Shown here in pieces: positions 45,266 through 54,081 of a stretch of 64,000 bases of DNA. Positions within the stretch are counted from its first letter, which is position 1. Each line of letters begins with the position of its first letter. Both the position numbers and the translations under genes were made by a program. Below the pieces are notes generated by a model. That model ran no database searches. It had not been told where the DNA came from and was given only the letters and a program-made list of their open reading frames with translations. This DNA is from Thermoplasmata archaeon (GTDB taxonomy: Archaea; Thermoplasmatota; Thermoplasmata; Lutacidiplasmatales; UBA184), in contig JASHPY010000077.1 in the NCBI GenBank assembly GCA_030037855.1, forward strand, positions 2,035-66,034. Direction: 5' to 3'.

Positions 45266-46051
45266 ATGACCGCGAGCCGTCGAGCCGGACGGGGTGGGCG
45301 ACGGCTCTTCCTGCGTCTCGTCCGATTCGACCCCGACGCGGAGGTCACCGCGGTCGAGCGGCGTGCGCTCCGTACGTTCACCGAGAACATCGATCGGGTC
45401 GGGCGGTTGGTCGGACACGGCGCCCTCCTCGACCCCGCGGGGGACTTCCTCATCTTCCGGGCCGCCGACCGCGCCGAGGCGGAGCGCGCCCTGCGGGCGG
45501 ACCCGTTGAAGCGCCTCGCCGGAGTTCGCTACGAGCTCCTCGAGTGGAGCCCGAGCGAGGCCGGCACCGGCGTGAGCCTCGAGCCGCCGCCCGCGCGGGG
45601 CTCGGGTCGTCTCACGCTGCTCCAGCGGGTCCCCGTCGTCGTCAGCGACCAGCGTCGGGCGATCGACTGGTACCGGGATGTCCTCGGGCTCACGGTCCTC
45701 GCGCAGGACCCCGACACGGCGTACGTCGAGCTCGGCCTCGGTCCGGGGACGACCGCGATCTCGCTGATCACCCCGCGGGCGGAGTGGGGCGAACCGTACT
45801 ACTCCCAGACGAAGGCACGGATGGGGATCCTGACCGGCATCGTGTTCCGGACCGACAACGTTGACGCGCTCGCGCTCCGGCTGCGTCACGCGCACGCCCG
45901 GATCCTCCGGGCGGTCGAGCAGCAGCCGTGGGGAGAGCGGACGTTGCTATTCTCGGACCCGGACGGGAACGAGCTGCTCGCGTTCGACCGGATCGAGGAA
46001 CACAGTACCCGCTCCGAGCGGGCGGCGGCGCCCGCCGCTCGGCGGATCTAA
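45266..46051 (+). CDS. YciI-like domain + VOC/glyoxalase domain fusion protein
   Basis: N-terminal GALLDPAGDFLIFRAADRAEAERALRADPL (YciI-like). C-terminal VVVSDQRRAIDWYRDVLGL...DPDGNELL (VOC). Confidence 0.6.
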   Translation: MTASRRAGRGGRRLFLRLVRFDPDAEVTAVERRALRTFTENIDRVGRLVGHGALLDPAGDFLIFRAADRAEAERALRADPLKRLAGVRYELLEWSPSEAGTGVSLEPPPARGSGRLTLLQRVPVVVSDQRRAIDWYRDVLGLTVLAQDPDTAYVELGLGPGTTAISLITPRAEWGEPYYSQTKARMGILTGIVFRTDNVDALALRLRHAHARILRAVEQQPWGERTLLFSDPDGNELLAFDRIEEHSTRSERAAAPAARRI

Positions 46052-46632
46052 TCCCGTCGGTTCCCGGTCCGATGCCGGGGCGAGCGCGGCAGCCGCCGCG
46101 GCTCGAGCTGACCGATCAGGAGCCGCACGTGCTCCTTGGCGATCGCGTCCGCGAGAACGAACGTGACCCCCTCCCCGGGAATGCCGTAGAGGACGGTGGC
46201 GGTCGGGGGCAGCGACTCGACCAGCGCGAGCGAACCCAGGTCCTCCTCCCCGTCGACCTCGATGAGCCCACCGCCCGCCGCGATCGTCGAGCGAACGGCG
46301 GCGCGGAGCGCTTCCGTCAGGAACCCGGCCGGGTTGACGACCCGCACGCGTCGCCGGGCCGCGAGCGGAGCGAACGTGCCCCGGGGGATCGGCTCCTGCC
46401 GCCGCGTCGTGTAGTCGACGATCCCGACCAGCGGCAGGTGCCCGAGCTCGATCGCTCGCGCCGTCACTCGGTCGCCGCAGGTCGCGAAGAGGCCGAGCGC
46501 GCGGATCCGCCGGTCGGCTTCCTCGCCCGCGTAGACCGGACCGTACCGCTCGGCGAGCGTCGGGCGGAGCGACTCGGGGACCGCCCAGGCGCGCTCGTCA
46601 CTTGACGCGGAGCGCGTACCGGCCCGCGGCAT
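46048..46632 (-). CDS. DUF359 family protein (archaeal GTP-dependent dephospho-CoA kinase family)
   Basis: GDRVTARAIELGHLPLVGIVDYTTRR block typical of DUF359. Conserved neighbourhood with spt4/rpoE. Confidence 0.65.
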   Translation of the reverse strand: MPRAGTRSASSDERAWAVPESLRPTLAERYGPVYAGEEADRRIRALGLFATCGDRVTARAIELGHLPLVGIVDYTTRRQEPIPRGTFAPLAARRRVRVVNPAGFLTEALRAAVRSTIAAGGGLIEVDGEEDLGSLALVESLPPTATVLYGIPGEGVTFVLADAIAKEHVRLLIGQLEPRRLPRSPRHRTGNRRD

Positions 46633-46783
46633 GGATCCCCATCTTCCGGGCGATCTCCGACTTCTCGGGGTCGATCACGACAAGGTAGCCCTGCCACTCG
46701 CGCGAGACCTCCCCGCCGCATCGGGGACACTTCGCCTGGTCGGTGATCGTGTTGCAGTTCTTGCACGCCTTGAGGTTGATCAT
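46598..46783 (-). CDS. spt4: transcription elongation factor Spt4
   Basis: 61 aa with a CKNC...CPRCGG zinc ribbon, then EWQGYLVVIDPEKSEIA. Overlaps rpoE by 4 nt. Confidence 0.85.
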   Translation of the reverse strand: MINLKACKNCNTITDQAKCPRCGGEVSREWQGYLVVIDPEKSEIARKMGIHAAGRYALRVK

Positions 46784-47439
46784 GTCGACTCCGCCGGCGC
46801 CGGTGCCGCCGGCTTCGCGGTCGCGGCGACCGGCTTCGGGGGGACGCGCTTCCCAGCCGGCGGACCGCTCTTCTTCCCGCCCTTCTCCTCGGTGCGCTTG
46901 TGCAGCTCCTGGATCCACTCGAGGCGTCCGAGCGCCGGCTGGCGCATCGTGAGCCCGATGCGGCTGTCGCGCGGCGAGATCTCGGAGAGCGAGAGCGAGA
47001 CAACCCGCGCACGGACCTTGTAGCCGACCTTGAGGTCCTTCTTCGACTCGACGCCGACGAGCCGCTGGTTGTGCTCGTCGATGTTGACGCGGTCGTCCAT
47101 GATCTGGGAGACGTGGAGCAGTCCGTCGAGCGGCCCGAATCGGACGAACGCCCCGAACTTCCGGATCTCGACGACCGAGCCCTCGACGACCTCCTGGATC
47201 TCAGGGCGGAAGAGGAGCGCCTGGTACTCCACTTCCTGATAGACCCCGCCGTCGCCGTGGATGATGTGGCCCTCGCCGAGCGGCTTCACGTCGCGGATCG
47301 TCACGGCGAGGTTCTGCCCGTCCACGAGCTTCCCCTCGAACTGCTGCTGGGCGAGCTCGGTGAGGACGTTCGAGAGCTCGGGGCCGAGCCGCTCCGGCGG
47401 GATGCGGACGACGTCGCGACGGTGGTCCAGGTAGTACAT
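46780..47439 (-). CDS. rpoE: DNA-directed RNA polymerase subunit E (Rpo7/Rpb7 homologue) with S1 domain
   Basis: MYYLDHRRDVVRIPPERLG N-terminus and an S1 fold (GSVVEIRKFGAFVRFGPLDGLLHVSQI). It is the 3' 219 aa of a stop-free 1162-aa ORF. Confidence 0.85.
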   Translation of the reverse strand: MYYLDHRRDVVRIPPERLGPELSNVLTELAQQQFEGKLVDGQNLAVTIRDVKPLGEGHIIHGDGGVYQEVEYQALLFRPEIQEVVEGSVVEIRKFGAFVRFGPLDGLLHVSQIMDDRVNIDEHNQRLVGVESKKDLKVGYKVRARVVSLSLSEISPRDSRIGLTMRQPALGRLEWIQELHKRTEEKGGKKSGPPAGKRVPPKPVAATAKPAAPAPAEST

Positions 47440-47460
47440 TCGCCGCGCGCGAGCGGGACG

Positions 47461-47474
47461 GTCTATAAGATAAT
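47461..47474 (-). promoter_or_regulatory. TATA-like element (AATTATCTTATAGA, minus strand) about 29 nt upstream of rpoE ATG
   Basis: AT island in GC-rich DNA. Spacing fits a leaderless transcript. Confidence 0.4.
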
Positions 47475-47504
47475 TGGGGTCTCGGAAAGTGGAGCGGCCG
47501 GTCG

Positions 47505-48527
47505 TCAGGCACGCGAGAGGCCGAGCGCGCGGTCCGTCCTCGCGATCGAAGCGGGCCCGTCGGGTGCGAGGTCGAACATCGCCCGGATCGCGTCGACGTT
47601 CTCGGGGACCGTCACCGACTCCTGGTGGATCGCCTGGAAGAAATAGGCGTCCCGTCCCTCGAGGCTCACCCCGTCCTCCCAGACGACGTTCTCGGGCACG
47701 TCGTCGAGACCGAGCCCGCGGCCCCGGGCGAACTCCATCACCTGCGGCGTTCCGTTCGCCTGCTCCCACGGCGCGAAGACGCGGAACCGGGGCGTGGAGC
47801 GGAGCGCCGCGACGAGCTCGGCGGCGCTCGCTGGCGCCGACCGCAGGCGAACGTGATTGACGTGCACGTGCATCAGGGTCGTGGGCACGACGACCGCGAC
47901 GGTCGAGATCTCGAGATCGGGGAAGATCGTTCGGACGTCCGGCCCGTGATGGGACGGGATGTGGAGCGACGGCACGATGCCGTTGATCGGCCCCTTCTTC
48001 GACTCGGCGGGGTCGGCCGCCCGTCGCACGAGCGTGACGTCCCAGCGCTCGACGCCCCACCGGGGGAGGAGGACCGCGACGGCCCGCGAGATGCCGGTGG
48101 TGTTGCAGGAGACGACCCGCACGCGGCGTTTCCCGCGCGCGGCCGCGTAGTTCCCGAGCGCGTTGAAGGAGACGTCGGCGACCGACGCCTTCTCTCCTCC
48201 CTGAAAGACGGCCCGGACGTTCGCGGCATCGTAGAGCGCACGGTTCTCCGCCCCGACTTTGTCCGGCGTCGCGTCCACGACCACGTCCGCGCGCGCGACC
48301 ATCTCCTTCACCGTCCCGGCGACCTGGAGCCCCGCCGCGTCGAAGTCGGACCGTACCGCGTCGGCGGCCAGATAGAGCGGATAGCCGAGGTCGACCGCGC
48401 GACGCGCGTCGAAGCTCGGGCGGGTCTTCGCCACCCCGACGAGCTCGAGGTCCGGCTGCTTCGCGACCGCGTCCGCTACGCGCTTGCCGATCGTCCCGTA
48501 GCCGTTGACCGCCACGCGAACCCGCAC
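47505..48527 (-). CDS. gap: archaeal type II glyceraldehyde-3-phosphate dehydrogenase
   Basis: VAVNGYGTIGKRVADA N-terminus and catalytic SCNTTG. About 340 aa. Confidence 0.9.
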   Translation of the reverse strand: MRVRVAVNGYGTIGKRVADAVAKQPDLELVGVAKTRPSFDARRAVDLGYPLYLAADAVRSDFDAAGLQVAGTVKEMVARADVVVDATPDKVGAENRALYDAANVRAVFQGGEKASVADVSFNALGNYAAARGKRRVRVVSCNTTGISRAVAVLLPRWGVERWDVTLVRRAADPAESKKGPINGIVPSLHIPSHHGPDVRTIFPDLEISTVAVVVPTTLMHVHVNHVRLRSAPASAAELVAALRSTPRFRVFAPWEQANGTPQVMEFARGRGLGLDDVPENVVWEDGVSLEGRDAYFFQAIHQESVTVPENVDAIRAMFDLAPDGPASIARTDRALGLSRA

Positions 48528-48642
48528 GACGACCGAGCCTCGGCCGCTCCGAGCGGCGGCCGGGATAAAGGCGTTCCTCGGGCGCGGTCCGGACGCGGGG
48601 CACTATCCTTAATCCCCGCGCCGCCGTCGCCGCGGGACCCCC

Positions 48643-49833
48643 ATGGAGTTCCGGCTCAACGACGAGGAGGCGGCGTTCCAGGCCGCGGTCCGCAAGTTCG
48701 GGGACCGCGTCCTTCGCACCCACGAGCGCCAGATCGACGCCGACGGGCGGATACCGGACGACGTGCTGCACGCGATGGCGGAGCTCGGGCTCCTCGCGAT
48801 GCCGGTCCCGACCGAGTACGGGGGGATCGGCGCCTCCGCGGTGCTCACCGAGCTCGCGGCCGAGGAGGTCGGACGCGGTGACTTCTCGATGGCGACCGCG
48901 GTGTTCTTTCTGCTCGAGGCCGGTTGGGGCTACCTGCTCTCCCGTCACGGCACGGAGGCGGCGAAGCGCGAGGTGCTGCCCCCCGTGTGCCGGGGGGAAG
49001 CGTTCCTCGGGATCGCCACGACCGAACCGACCGGTGGAAGCGACCTCGCGGGCCTCAAGACCACCTCTCGCCGGGACGGGGCGAAGTTCGTCCTGCACGG
49101 CGAGAAGGCGTTCGTCTCGGGCGTCGAAGAGGCGAAGCGGCTGGGCGGCGGCCACCTGACGCTGTCGAAATCGCCGGCCGGCGGGTTCAACTTCCTCTAC
49201 GTCCCGACGCGCTCGAGCGGCGTCACGACCCAACGGTTCGAGAACATGGGCCGGATGGGGATCTCGACCGGCGGGCTCACCTACGCGGACGTGGCCGTCC
49301 CCGATCGGTATCTCGTCGGCTCGGAAGGGAAAGGGTTCGAATGCGCGATGGAAGGGTTCTCGGTCGCGCGGACGTTCGTGAGCGCGGCGTGCATCGGCGC
49401 CGCCGAGCGGGCGCTCGAGACCGGGATGAAGTATATCCGGGAGCGGACCGCCTTCGGCCAGCCGCTCGGGAAGTTCGAGGCGATCCAGTTCGAGCTGGTC
49501 GACCTCTGGGCCCAGGTCGAAGCGGTGAAGTGGCAGTGCCGCCGGGCGGCGTGGCTGCTCGACACCTACACCATGAAGGGGGACCGCTCCCACCGCTCGG
49601 AAGTCGACCTCGCGGTCGCGAGCGTCAAGCTCACGGCGCCGCCGATCGCGTTCGAGTGCGTGAAGCGCGTGATGATGTGGTTCGGCGCCGCGGGGTACAC
49701 GAAGGACGTCGGGCTCGAGCTCGGGCTCCGCGGGATCATGTCGTACCTGGTCGGTGCGGAGGGGGGCCTGAACATCATGCGGATCATCCTCGGCCGGGAG
49801 CTCCTCGGGAAGGAGTTCCTCCCGTACAAGTGA
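48643..49833 (+). CDS. acyl-CoA dehydrogenase family protein
   Basis: ACAD N/M/C domains: TEPTGGSD, catalytic region, C-terminal four-helix bundle. Confidence 0.85.
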   Translation: MEFRLNDEEAAFQAAVRKFGDRVLRTHERQIDADGRIPDDVLHAMAELGLLAMPVPTEYGGIGASAVLTELAAEEVGRGDFSMATAVFFLLEAGWGYLLSRHGTEAAKREVLPPVCRGEAFLGIATTEPTGGSDLAGLKTTSRRDGAKFVLHGEKAFVSGVEEAKRLGGGHLTLSKSPAGGFNFLYVPTRSSGVTTQRFENMGRMGISTGGLTYADVAVPDRYLVGSEGKGFECAMEGFSVARTFVSAACIGAAERALETGMKYIRERTAFGQPLGKFEAIQFELVDLWAQVEAVKWQCRRAAWLLDTYTMKGDRSHRSEVDLAVASVKLTAPPIAFECVKRVMMWFGAAGYTKDVGLELGLRGIMSYLVGAEGGLNIMRIILGRELLGKEFLPYK

Positions 49834-49840
49834 GCGGGCG

Positions 49841-50914
49841 ATGAGGACGGGGGCCCGGCGCCGGTCGCCGCCGGTCCGGGAACGCGAGTTCCACGAGCGG
49901 CTCGCCCGCGCGCTTCCCGCCGGACGCGGGGGCCTCCTCCCGCTCGGAGACGACGCGACCGCGCTCCGCCCTCCCCCCGGACGCGTGGCGGTCGTCTCGA
50001 CGGACACGCTGGTCGAGGGCACGCACTTCCTGCCGTCGTCGCCGCCGCAGCGGATCGGCGCGGCCGCGACCGGCGTCAGCCTCTCCGACGTCGCGGCGAA
50101 GGGGGCGACGCCGGACGCGATCCTCCTCGCGCTGGTCCTGCCGGTCGGCACGCCGCAGGCCTGGGCCGAGGCGGTCGTCCTCGGTGCCGAACGGTTCGGG
50201 GCCCGGTTCGGCGCGCACGTCGTCGGCGGGGACACGAAGCCCGGCCCCGTGCGCGCGGTCGTCAGCACCGTGCTCGGCTGGGGTCGGGCCGGTCAGCTCG
50301 CCCCCCGGACGGGGGCGCGACCCGGGGACGTCCTCGTGACGACCGGAGAGGTCGGGCGTGGGGGCCTCGCAGCCGCCCGCCTCGCCGCGGGCGGCGTCCG
50401 CGGGCGACGGGCCGTGGTCGACCTCCTGGACGTGCGGCCGCGCGTCCGCGAAGGGATCGCGCTCGCCCCGATCGCTCGCGCCCTGATCGACACCTCGGAC
50501 GGGATTGCCGAGGCGGCGCGGCTCCTGGCCCGCGCGAGCCGGGCTCGGGTCGTCGTCGAGGAGGCGCGGCTACCGTACGCCCGGGAGCTCGAGCAGGTAG
50601 CTTCGACCCCGGGGCGACGACGCGCGGTGGCGTTCTACGGCGGCGACTACGAGCTGCTCGCGGCCGTCCCGCGGCGCGCGCTCCCGCGGGCGGTCGCGGC
50701 GGTCCGGCGGGCCGGGGGGCAGATCACCGTCGTCGGTCGGGTCGAACGGGGTCGCGGGGCGTGGATCGAGACCCTCCGACGGCGCCTCCCGATGCCCGAA
50801 CCGGGCTGGCAGCCGTTCGGGTCGAGCTCGAGCCGCGTCGCGGGAGGCACGACGGTTCGTCCGTTGTCGAAAGGCGTGCGCCACCGTCGCAAGGTTCGCG
50901 CTACGCTCAAGTAG
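49841..50914 (+). CDS. thiL: thiamine-monophosphate kinase-like (AIR synthase-related PurM superfamily)
   Basis: VVSTDTLVEGTHF and HVVGGDT motifs. Confidence 0.6.
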   Translation: MRTGARRRSPPVREREFHERLARALPAGRGGLLPLGDDATALRPPPGRVAVVSTDTLVEGTHFLPSSPPQRIGAAATGVSLSDVAAKGATPDAILLALVLPVGTPQAWAEAVVLGAERFGARFGAHVVGGDTKPGPVRAVVSTVLGWGRAGQLAPRTGARPGDVLVTTGEVGRGGLAAARLAAGGVRGRRAVVDLLDVRPRVREGIALAPIARALIDTSDGIAEAARLLARASRARVVVEEARLPYARELEQVASTPGRRRAVAFYGGDYELLAAVPRRALPRAVAAVRRAGGQITVVGRVERGRGAWIETLRRRLPMPEPGWQPFGSSSSRVAGGTTVRPLSKGVRHRRKVRATLK

Positions 50915-50953
50915 GGGTTCCCGGGTCCCCGCGCTACCCGCGAGGGGCCCACC

Positions 50954-52210
50954 ATGGCAAACACCTCTATCAATCCGTTTGAGACGGCGAAGCAACAGGT
51001 CGATATCGTCGCGGAGCTGATCGGGATCAACGACGGCGTCCGCGAGGTGCTGAAGCACCCGAAGCGAGAGCTCGCGGTCAACTTCCCGGTCCGGATGGAC
51101 GATGGTTCCTACCGCGTCTACACCGGCTACCGCGTCCAGTACAACATGGCGCGCGGCCCGACCAAGGGCGGGGTCCGCTACCATCCGCAGGTGACGCTCG
51201 ACGAGGTGCGGGCGCTCGCGGCCTGGATGACGTGGAAGTGCGCGGTCGTCGACATCCCGTACGGGGGCGCGAAGGGCGGGGTGGTCTGCGACCCGAAGCA
51301 CATGTCCCGCGAGGAGCTCGAGCGCCTCACGCGGCGCTACGCGTCCGAGATCGCTCCGATCATCGGTCCCGAGATGGACATCCCCGCCCCGGACGTCTAC
51401 ACGGACAGCCAGACGATGGCGTGGATCATGGACACCTACTCGATGCTGAAGGGCTACTCGGTCCCGGGCGTGGTCACGGGTAAGCCGATCAGCCTCGGAG
51501 GCAGCGAAGGGCGGGGCGAGGCGACCGGGCGCGGGTGCGCCTACGTGATCCGCGAGGCCGCGAAGGACCTCGGGCTCAAGGTGAAGGGGGCGCCCGTCGC
51601 CATCCAGGGTTTCGGGAACGCAGGGAGCGTCGCCGCGAACATCCTGAACGACGAGCAGGGCGCGAAGATCGTCGCGGTCTCGGATTCGAAGGGCGGGATC
51701 TACAAGGCGGACGGGCTGAACCCGCACACGGTCGAGGAGCACAAGGCGAAGACCGGATCGGTCGTCGGATTCCCCGGCGCGAAGTCGATCTCGAACGACG
51801 AGGTCCTCGAAGCGAAGGCCGACATCCTCGTGCCCGCCGCGCTCGAGAACCAGATCACGAAGAAGAACGCCGACAAGATCCAGGCGAAGATCGTCGCGGA
51901 GGCGGCGAACGGTCCGACGCTGCCCGAGGCGGACGCGATCCTCTTCGAGAAGAAGGTCACGGTCCTCCCCGACGTTCTCGCGAACGCCGGCGGCGTGACC
52001 GTCAGCTATTTCGAGTGGGCGCAGGACATCCAGGGCTACTTCTGGGCGCTCGACGAGGTCAACACCCGGCTCGAGCGCACGATGGTCCGCTCCTACAACG
52101 CGGTCCACAAGGTCGCGACCGAGCGCAAGGTCCACAACCGCACGGCCGCGTACGTCGTCGCGATCCAGCGGGTCGTGGACGCGATCAAGATCCGGGGCAT
52201 CTACCCGTAA
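50954..52210 (+). CDS. gdhA: glutamate dehydrogenase
   Basis: GGAKGG catalytic loop and GFGNAGS dinucleotide-binding motif. 418 aa. Confidence 0.9.
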   Translation: MANTSINPFETAKQQVDIVAELIGINDGVREVLKHPKRELAVNFPVRMDDGSYRVYTGYRVQYNMARGPTKGGVRYHPQVTLDEVRALAAWMTWKCAVVDIPYGGAKGGVVCDPKHMSREELERLTRRYASEIAPIIGPEMDIPAPDVYTDSQTMAWIMDTYSMLKGYSVPGVVTGKPISLGGSEGRGEATGRGCAYVIREAAKDLGLKVKGAPVAIQGFGNAGSVAANILNDEQGAKIVAVSDSKGGIYKADGLNPHTVEEHKAKTGSVVGFPGAKSISNDEVLEAKADILVPAALENQITKKNADKIQAKIVAEAANGPTLPEADAILFEKKVTVLPDVLANAGGVTVSYFEWAQDIQGYFWALDEVNTRLERTMVRSYNAVHKVATERKVHNRTAAYVVAIQRVVDAIKIRGIYP

Positions 52211-52235
52211 GGCGCGCGGGCACGGCGAGGGTCGG

Positions 52236-52850
52236 ATGGCGGACCTTCCCCGGTGCCGCCGCGCGACCTGGGCGGACGTCGACGGCTGGGCGGACCGCGT
52301 GGCCGCGAAGGTGCAGGAACGGGCGGCGACGCCGACCACGATCGTCGGGCTCACGCGCGGCGGCTGGGTGCCGGCCCGGCTCCTCGCCGACCGTCTCGGA
52401 GTGAAGCGCCTCGTCTCGCTCCGGGCGCAGCACTGGGGGATCACGGCGACCCCGACCGGCGCCGCCGAGATCACGGAGGGGCTGAGCGGGCCGATCGTCG
52501 GCGAGCACGTGCTCGTCGTCGACGACATCACCGACACCGGCGAGAGCCTCGGCCTCGCGGTCGAGCACGTGCGCGCGAAAGCTCCGCGCCGGGTCGAGAG
52601 CGCGACGTTCCTGCACATCACGCGCTCGAAGCTCGAACCGACCTACTACGCCGAGGCGATCCCGCGGGACGCCTGGGTCTGGGTCGTCTTCCCGTGGAAC
52701 TACTGGGAGGACCTCACGACCCTCGCGGCGCGCGCGGCCGCGGGGACCCCGGGAATCGACCCGGTGCGCGCGACCCTCCTCGCGCGATGCGGGCTCGACG
52801 TTCCGCGGGTCGACCTCGAACGGGTCGCTCGGACCGTCCCGCTCGGCTGA
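52236..52850 (+). CDS. phosphoribosyltransferase (purine PRTase type I) domain protein
   Basis: PRPP-binding motif VLVVDDITDTGESL. Confidence 0.7.
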   Translation: MADLPRCRRATWADVDGWADRVAAKVQERAATPTTIVGLTRGGWVPARLLADRLGVKRLVSLRAQHWGITATPTGAAEITEGLSGPIVGEHVLVVDDITDTGESLGLAVEHVRAKAPRRVESATFLHITRSKLEPTYYAEAIPRDAWVWVVFPWNYWEDLTTLAARAAAGTPGIDPVRATLLARCGLDVPRVDLERVARTVPLG

Positions 52851-52860
52851 GGGAGCGCGA

Positions 52861-53949
52861 CTATCCCGGGGTCGCGGGCTCGACCGACGCCCGCGCGGCG
52901 AGGCCCTTGAAGTACTGCTGCAGGACCCCGGCGCCGATCACGAGACCGAGGCCCGCCACCAGGAGGCCGATGAACAGCGGCAGCCGGGTCGACGAGGCGA
53001 CCCCCTGAAGGTACTCGACCAGGAGGACGATCCCGAAGCTGACGAAGCCGATCCCGATGATCGAGGTCGTCGCGACCGCGAACGAACGGGGGAATCGGCC
53101 GCGCGAGAGCGTCCGACGGATCGCCCGCCCGCACTCCCAGACGACCGCGCCGATGAGCCACCAGAGGATGGCGGCCTGGAGGAAGAACAGGAACCGGTCG
53201 AGCGGGCCCGACGGGCTCGTGGCGTAGCCGTTGTAACCGGAGAGGAAGCCGACGCCGACCAGCGCGATCGCGAAGAGGCCGAAGCCGAACGCGACCGACC
53301 CCTGGCGGATGTCGGTCGAGGCGCCGCGGATCGACTCGATGATCGCCTCGTCGACGTCGAACGTCCAGAAGATCAGATAGACGCCGAGCACGACCGCGAG
53401 CCCGATCACCCCCCAGATCACGACGTTCGCCGCGGCCGCGATCCCGAGGATGAGGAGGACGAGCGCGATCGGGAGCACGGTCTTCGCGCGGAGCTTCGGG
53501 TCCTTGAGCGCCCGGACGACCGTGTAGTACGTCGACTCGATCGATGCGCTCTGCCGCACGTAGACGCGACGGACGCCGTCGACCTTGACCCGCGACGCGA
53601 GGATCGGGAACAGGAACTCGTCCTCGGCCCCGTCGCTGACGAGATACGCCGACTTCGCGCCGGTCCGCCCGAGGACCGCATCGAACTGGTCGGCGACCCT
53701 CCGGTCGGAGACGACACCGACCTTCGGCGAGCCGGTGAGGACGCAGACCTCCCACTCCTCCCCCGTCCCCCGGAGCTCGTCCAGGAGGTTCACCGCGGCG
53801 AACAGCGCGTTCGTGTCCGAGTCCTCGGGGTCGGACGTGCCGAGACGCACCGCCGCGTCGAGGACGTTCGCGCGTCCGACGACCGGGCCGGCAACCGACG
53901 CTTTCCGGCCGAGATCGTCGTCGCGGTCGATGCAGACGACGAGCCGCAT
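52861..53949 (-). CDS. DUF373 family archaeal membrane protein
   Basis: MRLVVCIDRDDDLGRKA N-terminus typical of DUF373, plus 6 C-terminal TMS. Start at an internal Met of ORF 52861..54588. Confidence 0.65.
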   Translation of the reverse strand: MRLVVCIDRDDDLGRKASVAGPVVGRANVLDAAVRLGTSDPEDSDTNALFAAVNLLDELRGTGEEWEVCVLTGSPKVGVVSDRRVADQFDAVLGRTGAKSAYLVSDGAEDEFLFPILASRVKVDGVRRVYVRQSASIESTYYTVVRALKDPKLRAKTVLPIALVLLILGIAAAANVVIWGVIGLAVVLGVYLIFWTFDVDEAIIESIRGASTDIRQGSVAFGFGLFAIALVGVGFLSGYNGYATSPSGPLDRFLFFLQAAILWWLIGAVVWECGRAIRRTLSRGRFPRSFAVATTSIIGIGFVSFGIVLLVEYLQGVASSTRLPLFIGLLVAGLGLVIGAGVLQQYFKGLAARASVEPATPG

Positions 53950-54081
53950 GGCCGGCGAAGTATGCCCCGCGGGGAGCATAATGGCTCGTCTCGTTCCGGG
54001 GCCCCGCGACGAACGACCCCCCGTCCGCGCGGTGCCGCCGGTGACGCTTTTAGGTGGGGGAGGCCCCTCTCCCGCCGAACG

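Noticed and set aside
43968-45269. 433-aa plus-strand ORF across the LigT and Hsp20 region
   Set aside because: R/G/E-rich junk antisense to two well-supported minus-strand genes (2H phosphoesterase, Hsp20).
46780-50268. 1162-aa stop-free ORF on the minus strand
   Set aside because: Only its 3' 219 codons (rpoE) look coding. The rest is R/G/P-rich and runs antisense through gap, acyl-CoA dehydrogenase and thiL. It is an artefact of stop-codon paucity at about 70% GC.
50954-52210. Lower-GC 5' end of gdhA as a sign of foreign origin
   Set aside because: The drop is modest and confined to the first 200 nt. It is more consistent with expression-related codon choice in a highly expressed gene than with horizontal transfer. 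The gene is a typical archaeal GDH.
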